A stretch of 64,000 nucleotides of DNA, from IMG/VR virus record IMGVR_UViG_3300024346_000009. The stretch is one strand, 5' to 3'. The translations under genes were made by a program, and so were the position numbers. Within the stretch, counting starts at the first letter, position 1, and each line of letters starts with the position of its first letter. Source of the DNA: a virus. Below are positions 25,747 through 36,045 of the stretch, piece after piece. Below the pieces are notes generated by a model that worked only from the letters and a program-made list of their open reading frames with translations, was not told the DNA's origin and did no database searches.

Positions 25747-26325
25747 TTATTCTACAGGAGGAGGCTCAAATATTAAATTACGTAGCCCGTACTCATAATC
25801 TTTAAGTATCTCTAACATAAGTGTACACACTTGCACTCTATGTTGAAAATTTATTAGTTCATTTTTTCTTTGTTGAATTTGATTAGCAATAAACCCTGTT
25901 AGTAGATTTTCACTATCAGTTTTTATCCGTAATTTACTTATTACTTTTTCAAGATTAATAATGTATCTTTCAGTAATCCCTATATCTTTATGAGCCAGGT
26001 CAAGCATGGTTCTGGTTTCTACTTCTGCAATTTGTATCAGATCGTCTTGCTCAACGTTAAAATTTGGAACGATATGTAAGAGTATTTGAACAATATTTGC
26101 TATTGCTTCATCCTTAGCATTGGTAGTGGTAGTCTCACCTGTAATGTCATATTGTTTTCTACGAACCGGGTCACTTAATATTTCATATGCAAGTTTAATG
26201 CATTTAAATAATTCCTCATTACCGCCTTTATCTGGGTGATGCATCTGCGCAAGGGTTCTATACCTTTGCCTAATAGTTTCTAACGAAGCATCAACTGGTA
26301 CATCTAATTCGGTATAAGGGTTCAT
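25747..26325 (-). CDS. J-domain (DnaJ-like) co-chaperone
   Basis: NPY..L, HHPDKGG, AYEILSDP..R.QYD. Confidence 0.88.
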   Translation of the reverse strand: MNPYTELDVPVDASLETIRQRYRTLAQMHHPDKGGNEELFKCIKLAYEILSDPVRRKQYDITGETTTTNAKDEAIANIVQILLHIVPNFNVEQDDLIQIAEVETRTMLDLAHKDIGITERYIINLEKVISKLRIKTDSENLLTGFIANQIQQRKNELINFQHRVQVCTLMLEILKDYEYGLRNLIFEPPPVE

Positions 26326-26415
26326 TTTAATAAAGTAGTTATCAAGTATTTATTGATAAATAACCTGTGGCAGTTTCATTTTGTTTATGATATAATTATG
26401 CAATAGGAGTGTGAT

Positions 26416-27081
26416 ATGAGGGTTGAGTTTAATTCGTTACATTGGAACAACGTTGATAAAGACATGCTGTCGGCGCATCAACGCGTTATGGATTATTTTG
26501 GTATTCCAATAAACTACCATAACCTAGATGGTTATAATCACGGTCATTGGATGCAAGGGGTAATTAATAACTCAACAAGTGATGTAATTGTATTCATGGA
26601 GCCCGATTGCATACCTCTTAATAAACGGTACTTAGAGTATATTAAGTATGTAAACAGAAACGAGACGTTTGTTGGTATTGCTCAAGTTTCAAATCATATT
26701 TCCCCCAAATCTCATATCTACGCCGCACCCGGCTTCTATGCAATCTCTAAGAAAGCATATGATAAGCTAGATCGCCCATCATTTACTGAAACACGTCGTT
26801 CAGATACCGCAGAAGAAATTAGTTACATGGCTGAAGAAAGAGGTATGAAGTATCGTGCATTGATGCCTACGTATTTTGAGAAGCCTTCTTCTGAAGGTAT
26901 CTGGCCTTTAAGCAATCTTGGTTACTATGGTATAGGTACTGTGTTTGATAATTCAATTTATCACCTGTATCAATCGCGAATGGCGGAGAACATTGAGATG
27001 TTTGTTAAGCGTTGCGATCAAGTTACAAGAGACGAATTTACAACTGAGTTCTTTACCCCTGCTACTACATTTACATTATGA
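26416..27081 (+). CDS. Putative GT-A-fold glycosyltransferase-like protein
   Basis: VIVFMEPDCIPL (DxD-like), DT.E, YHL; SD AGGAG. Confidence 0.55.
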   Translation: MRVEFNSLHWNNVDKDMLSAHQRVMDYFGIPINYHNLDGYNHGHWMQGVINNSTSDVIVFMEPDCIPLNKRYLEYIKYVNRNETFVGIAQVSNHISPKSHIYAAPGFYAISKKAYDKLDRPSFTETRRSDTAEEISYMAEERGMKYRALMPTYFEKPSSEGIWPLSNLGYYGIGTVFDNSIYHLYQSRMAENIEMFVKRCDQVTRDEFTTEFFTPATTFTL

Positions 27082-28028
27082 AAATATTATTTCACGCCAA
27101 TACATTAAACTTCCGCGGTACAACGGTTGCGGTAACCGACTATGCAAGATACAATCAAGAGATCCTTGGTAATGAGAGTATTATTGCATACAACGCCGGG
27201 TTAGGGAATGATAGAGATATGGGAACAGAATCGGCAGTGCTTGATAGTCTTAAGCAGCGATTTGATGTCATAGGATACAATGAAGGCGATCTACCAGGTA
27301 TAATTGAAAAAGAAAAAGCTGACTTTGCTTACTTTATTCGTGCCGGTGGTAAGGAGCCTGTCCCAACTAATGTTAAGACAGGTGTACATGCGGTATTTCA
27401 AAACTTTGAGCCTCATGGGGATAAGTATGTCTATATTTCTGAGTGGTTATCTAATAAGATGTCTGATGGTTCAGTTCCGTTTGTCCCACATATAGTTAAT
27501 TTACCGGCCCCTACCAGAGACTACAAAGAATCTTTAGGTATTAGAAGTGATCAAATCGTTTTTGGTCGTCTCGGTGGCTACTATACCTTTGATCTTAAAT
27601 TTGTTAGAGAATATATTATTAAGCTTGTTAAAGATAATGATAAATTTGTATTCATCTTTATGGGTACACAGCCTTTTATTACACACCCTAATATTAAGTT
27701 TATCAATGAGACGCACGATGTACAGAAGAAAGCTAATTTTATTAATACATGTGATGCTATGATACATGCCAGGACCCGGGGGGAGAGTTTTGGCCTTTCT
27801 ATCGCTGAATTCTTATCCCTCAATAAGCCTGTAATTGCCTGGAATGACGGTGAGGATCAAAATCATATGGACATGCTAAAAGATAGCGGGCTATTATATA
27901 ATGATGCAAATCATTTGAATTATCTACTTCACAACCTTTCTGAATTTGAAGAAGATTGGACTAAGAGAGTTGAACAGTACAAGCCAACCCCTGTAATGAA
28001 TAAGTTTAAAGACGTATTTTTATCATGA
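27078..28028 (+). CDS. GT-B glycosyltransferase (GT4-like)
   Basis: RGTT, GESFGLSIAE. Confidence 0.8.
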   Translation: MKILFHANTLNFRGTTVAVTDYARYNQEILGNESIIAYNAGLGNDRDMGTESAVLDSLKQRFDVIGYNEGDLPGIIEKEKADFAYFIRAGGKEPVPTNVKTGVHAVFQNFEPHGDKYVYISEWLSNKMSDGSVPFVPHIVNLPAPTRDYKESLGIRSDQIVFGRLGGYYTFDLKFVREYIIKLVKDNDKFVFIFMGTQPFITHPNIKFINETHDVQKKANFINTCDAMIHARTRGESFGLSIAEFLSLNKPVIAWNDGEDQNHMDMLKDSGLLYNDANHLNYLLHNLSEFEEDWTKRVEQYKPTPVMNKFKDVFLS

Positions 28029-28774
28029 AAATAGGAATGATTTTTGCTGGTATTTCCTTTGGTTATAAGAGAGATAGAGACTTTAGTCATTGCTTTCCTA
28101 ATATAAGCCGAAATTTAATTGAGCCCTTGCAATTACAGCACACCGTTAATACATATGTTGTGACATACGATAGTGATCGTATAGATGAGGTAGTTAAACT
28201 ACTCAATCCCAAGAAGATTGCAACTATTCCGTATGAGGGAAATAGTCAAAACTCGGTTCGGGCAGAAGCGATTAAGCTTGTTGAAGGTGAGGATATTGAC
28301 TTTTATATTATGTGTAGGTTCGATGTTCACTACAACAAGAGCTTTGAAGATTTTAATATTGATTGGAATAAATTTAATTTTACCTCACCTGAACCGCAAG
28401 AGTTTTGGGAGAGTGAGAGATATGTTAGCGATACATTTTACGCGTGGCCAAAGCAGTTACATATAGGGGTAGTTCAGGGGTTCCGGGTACTTGCTAATGT
28501 TAATACGTTCGCTCCGTTTAAGGTCGACCCACAGGAGGGTAGAATGAACTATCGGTACTTGCCTGAACACATGCATAATTTCTTTTCTATTCTTACCCCG
28601 TTAATTGGATTACCCAGTATTCATTTTATGAGTAAAGAACCTCAAGTAGCCGGGCATTTACTCTTGAGTACCTGTCATCGCGTTAATGTTGACTACTGGC
28701 TACCACGTGGTAATTTTATCAATCAAGAAGTAATTGACCGTTTTAAAAATACGGACGAAGATACACATGAATAA
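28025..28774 (+). CDS. Glycan-cluster hypothetical protein
   Basis: CRFDV motif, GT-A-like; located in the cluster. Confidence 0.55.
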   Translation: MKIGMIFAGISFGYKRDRDFSHCFPNISRNLIEPLQLQHTVNTYVVTYDSDRIDEVVKLLNPKKIATIPYEGNSQNSVRAEAIKLVEGEDIDFYIMCRFDVHYNKSFEDFNIDWNKFNFTSPEPQEFWESERYVSDTFYAWPKQLHIGVVQGFRVLANVNTFAPFKVDPQEGRMNYRYLPEHMHNFFSILTPLIGLPSIHFMSKEPQVAGHLLLSTCHRVNVDYWLPRGNFINQEVIDRFKNTDEDTHE

Positions 28775-30140
28775 GCTTGTAATATTTGATTTAGATGGTG
28801 TATTAATTGAGAGCAGAGAACTACACTATCAAAGTCTTAATGATGCGTTGAAAAGTATAAGTCAAAAGTACGTGATAGAAAGAGACGAGCACTTATCTAT
28901 TTACGACGGGCTTAATACTACAAAAAAATTAAAACTGCTTTCTGAGACCAAAGGTCTTCCTATTGAATATCATGATACTGTGTGGCAAAGAAAACAACTA
29001 GCTACTTTTGATCTAATTAGGAAATTTGAAATTGATACTAAATTAGTAGACATATGTATCAAGATTAAATCGGCAGGTTATATGATTGCCGTTGCTAGTA
29101 ACAGTATTCGAGAGTCCGTAAAACTCAGCTTACTTAAGATTGGTATCATGGAGTATGTTGACTACTATGTTAGTAATCAAGATGTGGTGCACCCCAAGCC
29201 ATATCCAGAGATGTACTGGCAATGTATGACAGCGTTAAAAGCTTTGCCGAGAGATACCCTAATTATAGAAGATAGCCATATCGGAAGACAGGCTGCTATG
29301 GATAGTGGCGCACTTTTACTAGCGGTTGAAAACTCTAACGATGTAACCTGGGATAAAATAAATTCAAGACTACAGCATATGAATTCAAAGTTAACCTCAA
29401 ATATTATACCTTGGAAAGACAGTAGATTGAATGTACTCGTCCCCATGGCAGGTGCAGGTAGTAGGTTTGCACAACAAGGCTATACATTCCCTAAACCGTT
29501 AATTGAAGTTAACGGGAAGCCAATGATACAGGTTGTAGTAGAAAACTTAAATATTGAAGCACATTACATCTTTATCGTTCAACGCGAGCATTATGATAAG
29601 TACAACCTTAAATACCTTCTTAACCTAATAGCCCCAGGTTGTGATATTGTAATGGTTGATGGTATAACAGAGGGAGCTGCGAGTAGTACCTTACTTGCAA
29701 AAGAGTTTATTAATAACGATGCACCTTTAGTTATGGCAAACAGCGACCAGTTTGTTGAGTGGAATAGTAATGAGTGTATGTACGCATTTACAGCAGATGA
29801 TATTGATGGAGGTATACTAACTTTTGAAGCAACACATCCAAAGTGGAGTTATGCTAAAGTTGGATCAAATGGCTTTGTGAGTGAAGTTGCAGAGAAGAAA
29901 GTAATTAGTAATGAGGCAACTGTTGGGGTTTATTATTGGAAACATGGTAGTGATTACGTTAAGTATGCTGAAGAGATGATTAATAAGAACATCAGGGTTA
30001 ATAATGAGTTTTATGTTTGCCCGGTCTTTAATCAGGCAATCGAAGATGGTAAAAAGATTAAAGTAAAACGTATTAATAAGATGTGGGGTATTGGTACACC
30101 CGAGGATTTAGAAATCTTCCTACAGTCATACAAAGCTTAA
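28767..30140 (+). CDS. HAD phosphatase fused to a sugar-nucleotidyltransferase
   Basis: FDLDGVL, KP.P, IEDS; then PMAGAGSRF...PKPLI, EFYV, GTPEDL. Confidence 0.88.
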   Translation: MNKLVIFDLDGVLIESRELHYQSLNDALKSISQKYVIERDEHLSIYDGLNTTKKLKLLSETKGLPIEYHDTVWQRKQLATFDLIRKFEIDTKLVDICIKIKSAGYMIAVASNSIRESVKLSLLKIGIMEYVDYYVSNQDVVHPKPYPEMYWQCMTALKALPRDTLIIEDSHIGRQAAMDSGALLLAVENSNDVTWDKINSRLQHMNSKLTSNIIPWKDSRLNVLVPMAGAGSRFAQQGYTFPKPLIEVNGKPMIQVVVENLNIEAHYIFIVQREHYDKYNLKYLLNLIAPGCDIVMVDGITEGAASSTLLAKEFINNDAPLVMANSDQFVEWNSNECMYAFTADDIDGGILTFEATHPKWSYAKVGSNGFVSEVAEKKVISNEATVGVYYWKHGSDYVKYAEEMINKNIRVNNEFYVCPVFNQAIEDGKKIKVKRINKMWGIGTPEDLEIFLQSYKA

Positions 30141-30144
30141 TAAC

Positions 30145-30618
30145 ATGAACGATAGTAGATTAAAACTTATAGCGCATCGCGGTAACACAACAGGTCCAGA
30201 TCCTAGTAGCGAGAATACCCTTGCCGTCATAGACCACTGTATTGATATGGGGTATGATGTTGAGATAGATCTTTGGTATCATGATGGGGATTTATATCTA
30301 GGGCATGATGAGCCTACAATTCCAATTACTATCGATTATCTACTTCCGCATAAAGATAAACTTTGGATTCATTGCAAAAATCTCCAGGCTTGTACAAGAT
30401 TACATAACCTACGTAATTTTAATTATTTCTTTAATGAAGAGGATAATTATGCTTTGACCTCTGAGCGGTTTGTTTGGACATACCCTAGGCCACAGAACGT
30501 ATATGCCTGGAATCAGGTAATGTTAGATTTTGGTTCAGATGTTGATTTTAAAAAATACGAACTGTTAGGGGTGTACGGCGTTTGCGCTGATTACTTACCT
30601 ATAATTAAAAGGAGCTAA
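30145..30618 (+). CDS. Glycerophosphodiester phosphodiesterase-like protein
   Basis: IAHRGN, EN, VEIDLW, LGHD, HCKN. Confidence 0.75.
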   Translation: MNDSRLKLIAHRGNTTGPDPSSENTLAVIDHCIDMGYDVEIDLWYHDGDLYLGHDEPTIPITIDYLLPHKDKLWIHCKNLQACTRLHNLRNFNYFFNEEDNYALTSERFVWTYPRPQNVYAWNQVMLDFGSDVDFKKYELLGVYGVCADYLPIIKRS

Positions 30619-30667
30619 TTATATGACAGGGCAGGCGCGGGTTAATTATATGACAGGAGCTAATTAC

Positions 30668-31576
30668 ATGGCGGTAGAAAAGAAAAAGATTTATATTGCA
30701 GGGTCGGGAGGTATGCTTGGTGATGCATTCTATAAAATTTTTAGTTCGGATTATGAATTGAAGTGTACTGATATAGATTTAAATGCAGAGTGGTTATCTT
30801 ATCTAGATTTCCGATATATAGATGCATATACAGCAGACGTTATGGCATTTAAACCTGACTATCTATTTCATGTAGGTGCGCATACTGATCTTGAGTATTG
30901 TGAAGATAATGTTGATGACACTTACATGACAAATACGTTATCGGTAGAAAATGCAGTATATATTTCTAATAAACTTAATATACCTCTTCTGTATATCTCT
31001 ACAGCAGGAATATTTGACGGTAAGAAAGAAGAATATGATGATTGGGATATACCTAACCCCCTAGGTCACTACGCCAGGAGTAAATATGCTGGTGAGCTGT
31101 TTGTAGAGAAGAACTCTAAAAGGTATTTAATTTGTAGAGCAGGGTGGATGATGGGAGCCGGTCCCAGTAAGGATAAAAAGTTTATTAATAAAATAATGGC
31201 TAAATTAAAGAGCGGTGAAAAAGAACTCTTTATTGAAAATAAGCTAGGTACGCCAACCTACACATACGACTTTGCGAAATGTGTGAAGGGTCTATTAGAA
31301 AAAGAATATTGGGGTCTGTACAATATGGTTTGTAGTGGGGCTACTGGTAGGTATGAGGTAGCACAAGAGCTAGTTAAAATACACGGGCTTGAAAACGACG
31401 TAAAGATTACACTTGTTGGTGCAGACTACTGGGCTAAAGAATACTTTGCAGCCAGACCAGATTGCGAGCGATTGGTGGATAAAAAGTTAAAATTAAGAGG
31501 CATGAATTTTATGAGACACTGGAAAGTGTGCTTAAAAGAATACATGCAAACACATTATGCAAACTACTTGGAATAA
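30668..31576 (+). CDS. rmlD: dTDP-4-dehydrorhamnose reductase-like SDR
   Basis: GSGGMLG, TD...CE, YIST, YARSK, GTPTY..D. Confidence 0.8.
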   Translation: MAVEKKKIYIAGSGGMLGDAFYKIFSSDYELKCTDIDLNAEWLSYLDFRYIDAYTADVMAFKPDYLFHVGAHTDLEYCEDNVDDTYMTNTLSVENAVYISNKLNIPLLYISTAGIFDGKKEEYDDWDIPNPLGHYARSKYAGELFVEKNSKRYLICRAGWMMGAGPSKDKKFINKIMAKLKSGEKELFIENKLGTPTYTYDFAKCVKGLLEKEYWGLYNMVCSGATGRYEVAQELVKIHGLENDVKITLVGADYWAKEYFAARPDCERLVDKKLKLRGMNFMRHWKVCLKEYMQTHYANYLE

Positions 31577-31578
31577 TT

Positions 31579-32331
31579 ATGCATTCAGAATATAAAATAT
31601 CAGTTGTGTGTCCCATCTATACAATAAGGGATCAATTAGGGTCAAGATTTCTTGTCGAATATCTTACTATGTTAACACATCAAACGTTTAAGAATTTTAA
31701 TGTCATTGTTTCTGATCAAAGTGACGATAATATTTTTGAAGATATATGTAAGTCTTTTTCTGACACCCTTAATATTAAGCATGTAAGAAATGCAGGTGCC
31801 AAGGGCATTTGTAATAATATTAATGTTGGTATGAGGCACGCAACAGGTGAGATTATAAAGATCTTGCACGTAGATGATTTCTTTTACAACAATGGTGCAC
31901 TCGGACAAATTGCGCATGCGTTCGATCACAACCCTGGTAAATGGTTAATTGGTGGATTTTGTACCAGTGATCAAGAAAGAAGTAAAGTATACAATGCGAG
32001 ATTACCCCGATATGATAATGCTGTTGTTAATGGAGATAATTCTACAGGTAATCAATCTAACTACGCTATACGAAGAGAGTTTGCAATAGAGATGGATGAA
32101 TCTCTTCTATTCTTATGTGATGGTGAGTTTTTCTATCGTTCATACTACCACTACGGTATGCCTATTATGATCAATGATATTTTAATATGTTTTAGAGAAC
32201 ATTATGCATCGACGTACTTAATGCTTTTAAAACAAGAGCCCGTAACCCAGCTTGAGGTCAAAGAACGGCAGTATTGTGTAGATAAATTTAATAAACCCGT
32301 GGAACATAAACTCGTATGCTACCTAAACTAA
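31579..32331 (+). CDS. Family 2 glycosyltransferase
   Basis: ISVVCP.Y, QTF, SDQSDD, ATGEII..LHVDD. Confidence 0.85.
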   Translation: MHSEYKISVVCPIYTIRDQLGSRFLVEYLTMLTHQTFKNFNVIVSDQSDDNIFEDICKSFSDTLNIKHVRNAGAKGICNNINVGMRHATGEIIKILHVDDFFYNNGALGQIAHAFDHNPGKWLIGGFCTSDQERSKVYNARLPRYDNAVVNGDNSTGNQSNYAIRREFAIEMDESLLFLCDGEFFYRSYYHYGMPIMINDILICFREHYASTYLMLLKQEPVTQLEVKERQYCVDKFNKPVEHKLVCYLN

Positions 32332-33053
32332 TTCATAAAAACTTTACAAAGAGTAATACTAATTTTTTATTCTTTAATGCTGATGATGGCCTGTCAAATG
32401 CTATGATCCGGGATGGGGGAGATTGGGAGGAGCATATTAAAGAAAAAAGTAGAGAGCTTCTTAAGGGGGTAGATCAACCTACAGTTCTTGACATAGGTGC
32501 AAATCTTGGTGCCTATTGTATACCCATTGCAAAAGAAATACAGAGTAAGGGCGGTACGGTGCATGTATTTGAACCTCAAAGAATTGTGTATTACCAGTTG
32601 TGTGCTAACATAGTCCTTAATAGATTAGATAATGTTTATGCTTTTAATCAAGCAGTGGGTGACTACGATGGTATGATTAACATTCCGGATATTAATTATG
32701 AACATAACCCAAATATAGGGGCTTTTTCTTTCGTTAAACAATATCGAGATGCCCATGGTCTTGGACCATCCATGTCTGTAAATAATACCCAGGTACCTAT
32801 CATTCAGCTTGATAGTTTGACGCTACCGACGCAGGTTGACCTCATTAAAATAGATGTTGAAGGGTTTGAGATAAATGTACTTCGTGGGTCTGCCGACTTC
32901 TTAATGCGTAACGGGTACCCCCCTATCCTATTTGAAGTATGGAACTTCGAATGGTTTAAGGAAGGTAAGCAAGAGATCTTTGATTGGTTAGTAAGTGCTG
33001 GGTATGAAATTACCTCGTTAAATGGTATTGATCATCTAGCGAAACACCCATAA
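32316..33053 (+). CDS. FkbM-family SAM methyltransferase
   Basis: LDIGANLG, FEPQ, IKIDVEGFE. Confidence 0.9.
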   Translation: MLPKLIHKNFTKSNTNFLFFNADDGLSNAMIRDGGDWEEHIKEKSRELLKGVDQPTVLDIGANLGAYCIPIAKEIQSKGGTVHVFEPQRIVYYQLCANIVLNRLDNVYAFNQAVGDYDGMINIPDINYEHNPNIGAFSFVKQYRDAHGLGPSMSVNNTQVPIIQLDSLTLPTQVDLIKIDVEGFEINVLRGSADFLMRNGYPPILFEVWNFEWFKEGKQEIFDWLVSAGYEITSLNGIDHLAKHP

Positions 33054-33106
33054 CTGTGGTACTACAGGAAGGATGAGCGTATAATATCTAATTATGAGAG
33101 GATTAT

Positions 33107-33778
33107 ATGAAATTTGGTAATGAAACTATTGCGCTACTAAAGAACTTTGCGTCTATTAATACGAACATCGTCTTTAAGCCTGGTGATAATGTGAGTACTA
33201 TATCTAATGCAAAGAATATCTTTGTAAAGGCTACCATTAAGGAAGCTATACCTAATGAGTTTGCGGTGTATGATTTAAACTCTATGCTAGCGATGCTCAC
33301 GCTAATGGATAACCAAGAGGTTGAGTTTAGTGATAAGTGTCTTGTAGTTACAAGCCCGATGGGTAAATTTGAATACTATTATTCTAATGCAGATATTGTA
33401 ACAGCGGCTCCTGCAGGGGAAATTGAACATACCGATGTTTATAAGTTTAAACTTACTGCTGAAGATGTTCAAATGATTATGAAAGCGGCTGCTATTACAG
33501 GAGCGCCTACTGTAACTGTATCCTGTAAGAATCAAGAAGTTACATTATCGGTTAGTGATCGTAAAAATGATACAGCTGCTAACTTTAAGAAGCAGATTGG
33601 AACCTCCTTTGAAAATTTTGATATCTTTATTGCAGTAGAGAACTTAAAAGTTATTCCTGATGCTTATGAGGTAACTGTAGCTAAGACTCCTAATGGTAAG
33701 GCAAAGTTCCTTCACTTTAAGCATGAATCAAAACAACTACAATACTGGATAGCCGCCGAACCTGGTTCAGTTGTTTAA
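33107..33778 (+). CDS. gp45: Sliding clamp gp45
   Basis: LKNFASIN, YDLN, YWIA.E; synteny. Confidence 0.92.
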   Translation: MKFGNETIALLKNFASINTNIVFKPGDNVSTISNAKNIFVKATIKEAIPNEFAVYDLNSMLAMLTLMDNQEVEFSDKCLVVTSPMGKFEYYYSNADIVTAAPAGEIEHTDVYKFKLTAEDVQMIMKAAAITGAPTVTVSCKNQEVTLSVSDRKNDTAANFKKQIGTSFENFDIFIAVENLKVIPDAYEVTVAKTPNGKAKFLHFKHESKQLQYWIAAEPGSVV

Positions 33779-33792
33779 CCTAGGATTACATT

Positions 33793-34725
33793 ATGAACGA
33801 ACACTTTCTCTTTGTTGAGAAGTATAGGCCGCGGACTATTAATGAGTGTATCTTACCTGAGGATCAAAAGCAGTTCTTTAATCAGCTAGTTGCAAAGGGT
33901 GAGATACAGAATATGCTTCTGTGTGGTACTGCTGGTACTGGTAAGACAACGGTAGCGAGAGCTTTATGTGAAGAGCTTAAGACTGATTATATTATCATCA
34001 ACGGATCGGAAGAGTCCGGTATCGATGTCCTTCGGACTAAGATTAAATCTTTTGCATCTACGGTATCCTTTACCGGCAACACCAAGGTTGTTATACTAGA
34101 TGAGGCTGACTACTTAAACCCTAATTCAACTCAACCTGCACTTCGTGGATTCATAGAAGAGTTTGCATCTAATTGCAGATTCATCTTAACGTGCAATTTT
34201 AAAAATCGTATCATACCGCCCTTGCATTCAAGGTGCGCTGTAATTGAGTTTAAGATTCCTAATGCTAGTAAGCCAACTATTGCTACAGATTTCTTTAGAC
34301 GAGTATGCAGTATATTGGATCAAGAACTTATACCTTTTGATCCGAAGGTAATTGCTAAAGTAGTACAAAAGCACTTCCCTGACTTCCGTAGAACTTTAAA
34401 TGAACTTCAGCGCTATTCTCAATCAGGATCTATTGATGAAGGTATTCTTGTTAGTGTAAGTGAAGCTAATATGAAAGACCTGGTCGATTCTATAAAAGAT
34501 AAAGACTGGAAGAAGATGAGGGGATGGGTTGTTAATAATTTAGATAATGACCCTGTATCTTTATTTCGTAAAATTTATGATACCTTTATTCCCCTAACTA
34601 ATCAGGTACCTCAGTTAGTACTTACAATTGCTGACTACCAATATAAATCTGCGTTTGTCTCTGACCAGGAAATTAACTTGGTAGCGTGTCTAACCGAAAT
34701 TATGGCAAGCGTGGAGATAAAATGA
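33793..34725 (+). CDS. gp44: Clamp loader large subunit gp44
   Basis: EKYRP, GTGKTT, LDEAD, SRC. Confidence 0.96.
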   Translation: MNEHFLFVEKYRPRTINECILPEDQKQFFNQLVAKGEIQNMLLCGTAGTGKTTVARALCEELKTDYIIINGSEESGIDVLRTKIKSFASTVSFTGNTKVVILDEADYLNPNSTQPALRGFIEEFASNCRFILTCNFKNRIIPPLHSRCAVIEFKIPNASKPTIATDFFRRVCSILDQELIPFDPKVIAKVVQKHFPDFRRTLNELQRYSQSGSIDEGILVSVSEANMKDLVDSIKDKDWKKMRGWVVNNLDNDPVSLFRKIYDTFIPLTNQVPQLVLTIADYQYKSAFVSDQEINLVACLTEIMASVEIK

Positions 34726-35012
34726 AGGATATATTACTAAATACATATGACTGGATATACGATGACTATTGCACTCATCCTCTTAGGTTCTGCATTGAGT
34801 TGCTTGCTTGGGCTATTAGTATTGGCTGTTCGATTACCATGGCTCTCACTGTCCCCAACCCGCCTTTACTTGCTTTGTACCCTGTTTGGATTGTCGGCTG
34901 CAGTCTCTATGCTTGGGCTGCTTATAGTAGGAAATCTTTTGGGATGCTGGCTAACTACCTGCTTCTGGTAACCATTGACTCGGTCGGCCTTACGAGGATG
35001 TTATGGACATAA
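34722..35012 (+). CDS. Small membrane protein inserted between gp44 and gp62
   Basis: About three TM helices; SD GGAG. Confidence 0.65.
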   Translation: MKDILLNTYDWIYDDYCTHPLRFCIELLAWAISIGCSITMALTVPNPPLLALYPVWIVGCSLYAWAAYSRKSFGMLANYLLLVTIDSVGLTRMLWT

Positions 35013-35473
35013 ATAAAGTTTTTGGTCAGGGAGTAGCGGAGGGTATCACTGAGGTGTATAAAGAGCCATCAATGTCTCCTTTTGATTTTATAAATGCAAT
35101 TACCTTTAATAAGAACGATTTAATCGTCGATGAATGGTCAGAAAAACAATACATTCCTTACATTATTAATAAGGGTCTATCGTATGGGGTCGATACAGTA
35201 ATTCCAGCTAATGAGATGAATGCGCGCCCACATATCGGTAAGAAACTCCAATTCCAATTTTTAATAAATAGTATTAGACCTAGAAAACGCTTTAACAAGT
35301 GGATAAAGGCTGAAAAGATTGAATCGATAGAAGTAATTAAGACATACTATGGCTATAGCACTGAGAAAGCCCGCCAGGTACTCCCCCTTCTTGATCAGTC
35401 AAAAATTGACTACTTAAAACAAAAATTAGAAAAAGGTGGGATTTATAATGTCAAACGAGTATTTCAAGATTGA
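35003..35473 (+). CDS. gp62: Clamp loader small subunit gp62
   Basis: PFDFINAI, NEMN, RPRKRF.KW, YYGYS.EKA. Confidence 0.92.
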   Translation: MDINKVFGQGVAEGITEVYKEPSMSPFDFINAITFNKNDLIVDEWSEKQYIPYIINKGLSYGVDTVIPANEMNARPHIGKKLQFQFLINSIRPRKRFNKWIKAEKIESIEVIKTYYGYSTEKARQVLPLLDQSKIDYLKQKLEKGGIYNVKRVFQD

Positions 35474-35879
35474 CCTACCAGGCTATACCCCCCTAGAAGT
35501 AACTCTTTCCCAACCTGATGACTTTCTTAAAGTGCGTGAGACACTTACCCGTATTGGTGTAGCATCTAGAAAAGATAAGATACTATATCAATCTTGCCAC
35601 ATATTGCATAAACAAGGGAAGTACTATATAGTACACTTCAAAGAATTGTTTGCACTTGATGGTAAGTCAACCGATCTTACAGAGAATGATATAGAACGTA
35701 GAAATACTATTACAAAATTATTATCTGATTGGGGTTTAGTAAAGGTGATCGATATAAATAATATGACGGAACAAGCACCTCTCTCGCAGATTAAAGTAAT
35801 TGCGTTTAAAGATAAAGGTGAATGGGACCTTCAGACAAAATATAATATTGGCAAGAAAAAGACCGAAAGTTCTTATTAA
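35448..35879 (+). CDS. regA: Translational repressor RegA
   Basis: DDFLKVRETLTRIG, QSCHILHKQG, HFKELF.LDG. Confidence 0.96.
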   Translation: MSNEYFKIDLPGYTPLEVTLSQPDDFLKVRETLTRIGVASRKDKILYQSCHILHKQGKYYIVHFKELFALDGKSTDLTENDIERRNTITKLLSDWGLVKVIDINNMTEQAPLSQIKVIAFKDKGEWDLQTKYNIGKKKTESSY

Positions 35880-36045
35880 GTTGCCTATATAAAACGTATC
35901 CCAGGGATGGGAACGTGAACGACTCCACTACCTTAGGGGCGTCTAAAGCCGGTATCACGTTAGGGTACCCCTGCAGTCGGTAAGCAGGATTTTATCGCTA
36001 TGCCTTCGGGGTAGCAAATTTTAACTCGCTTAATAGGAGAACTAT

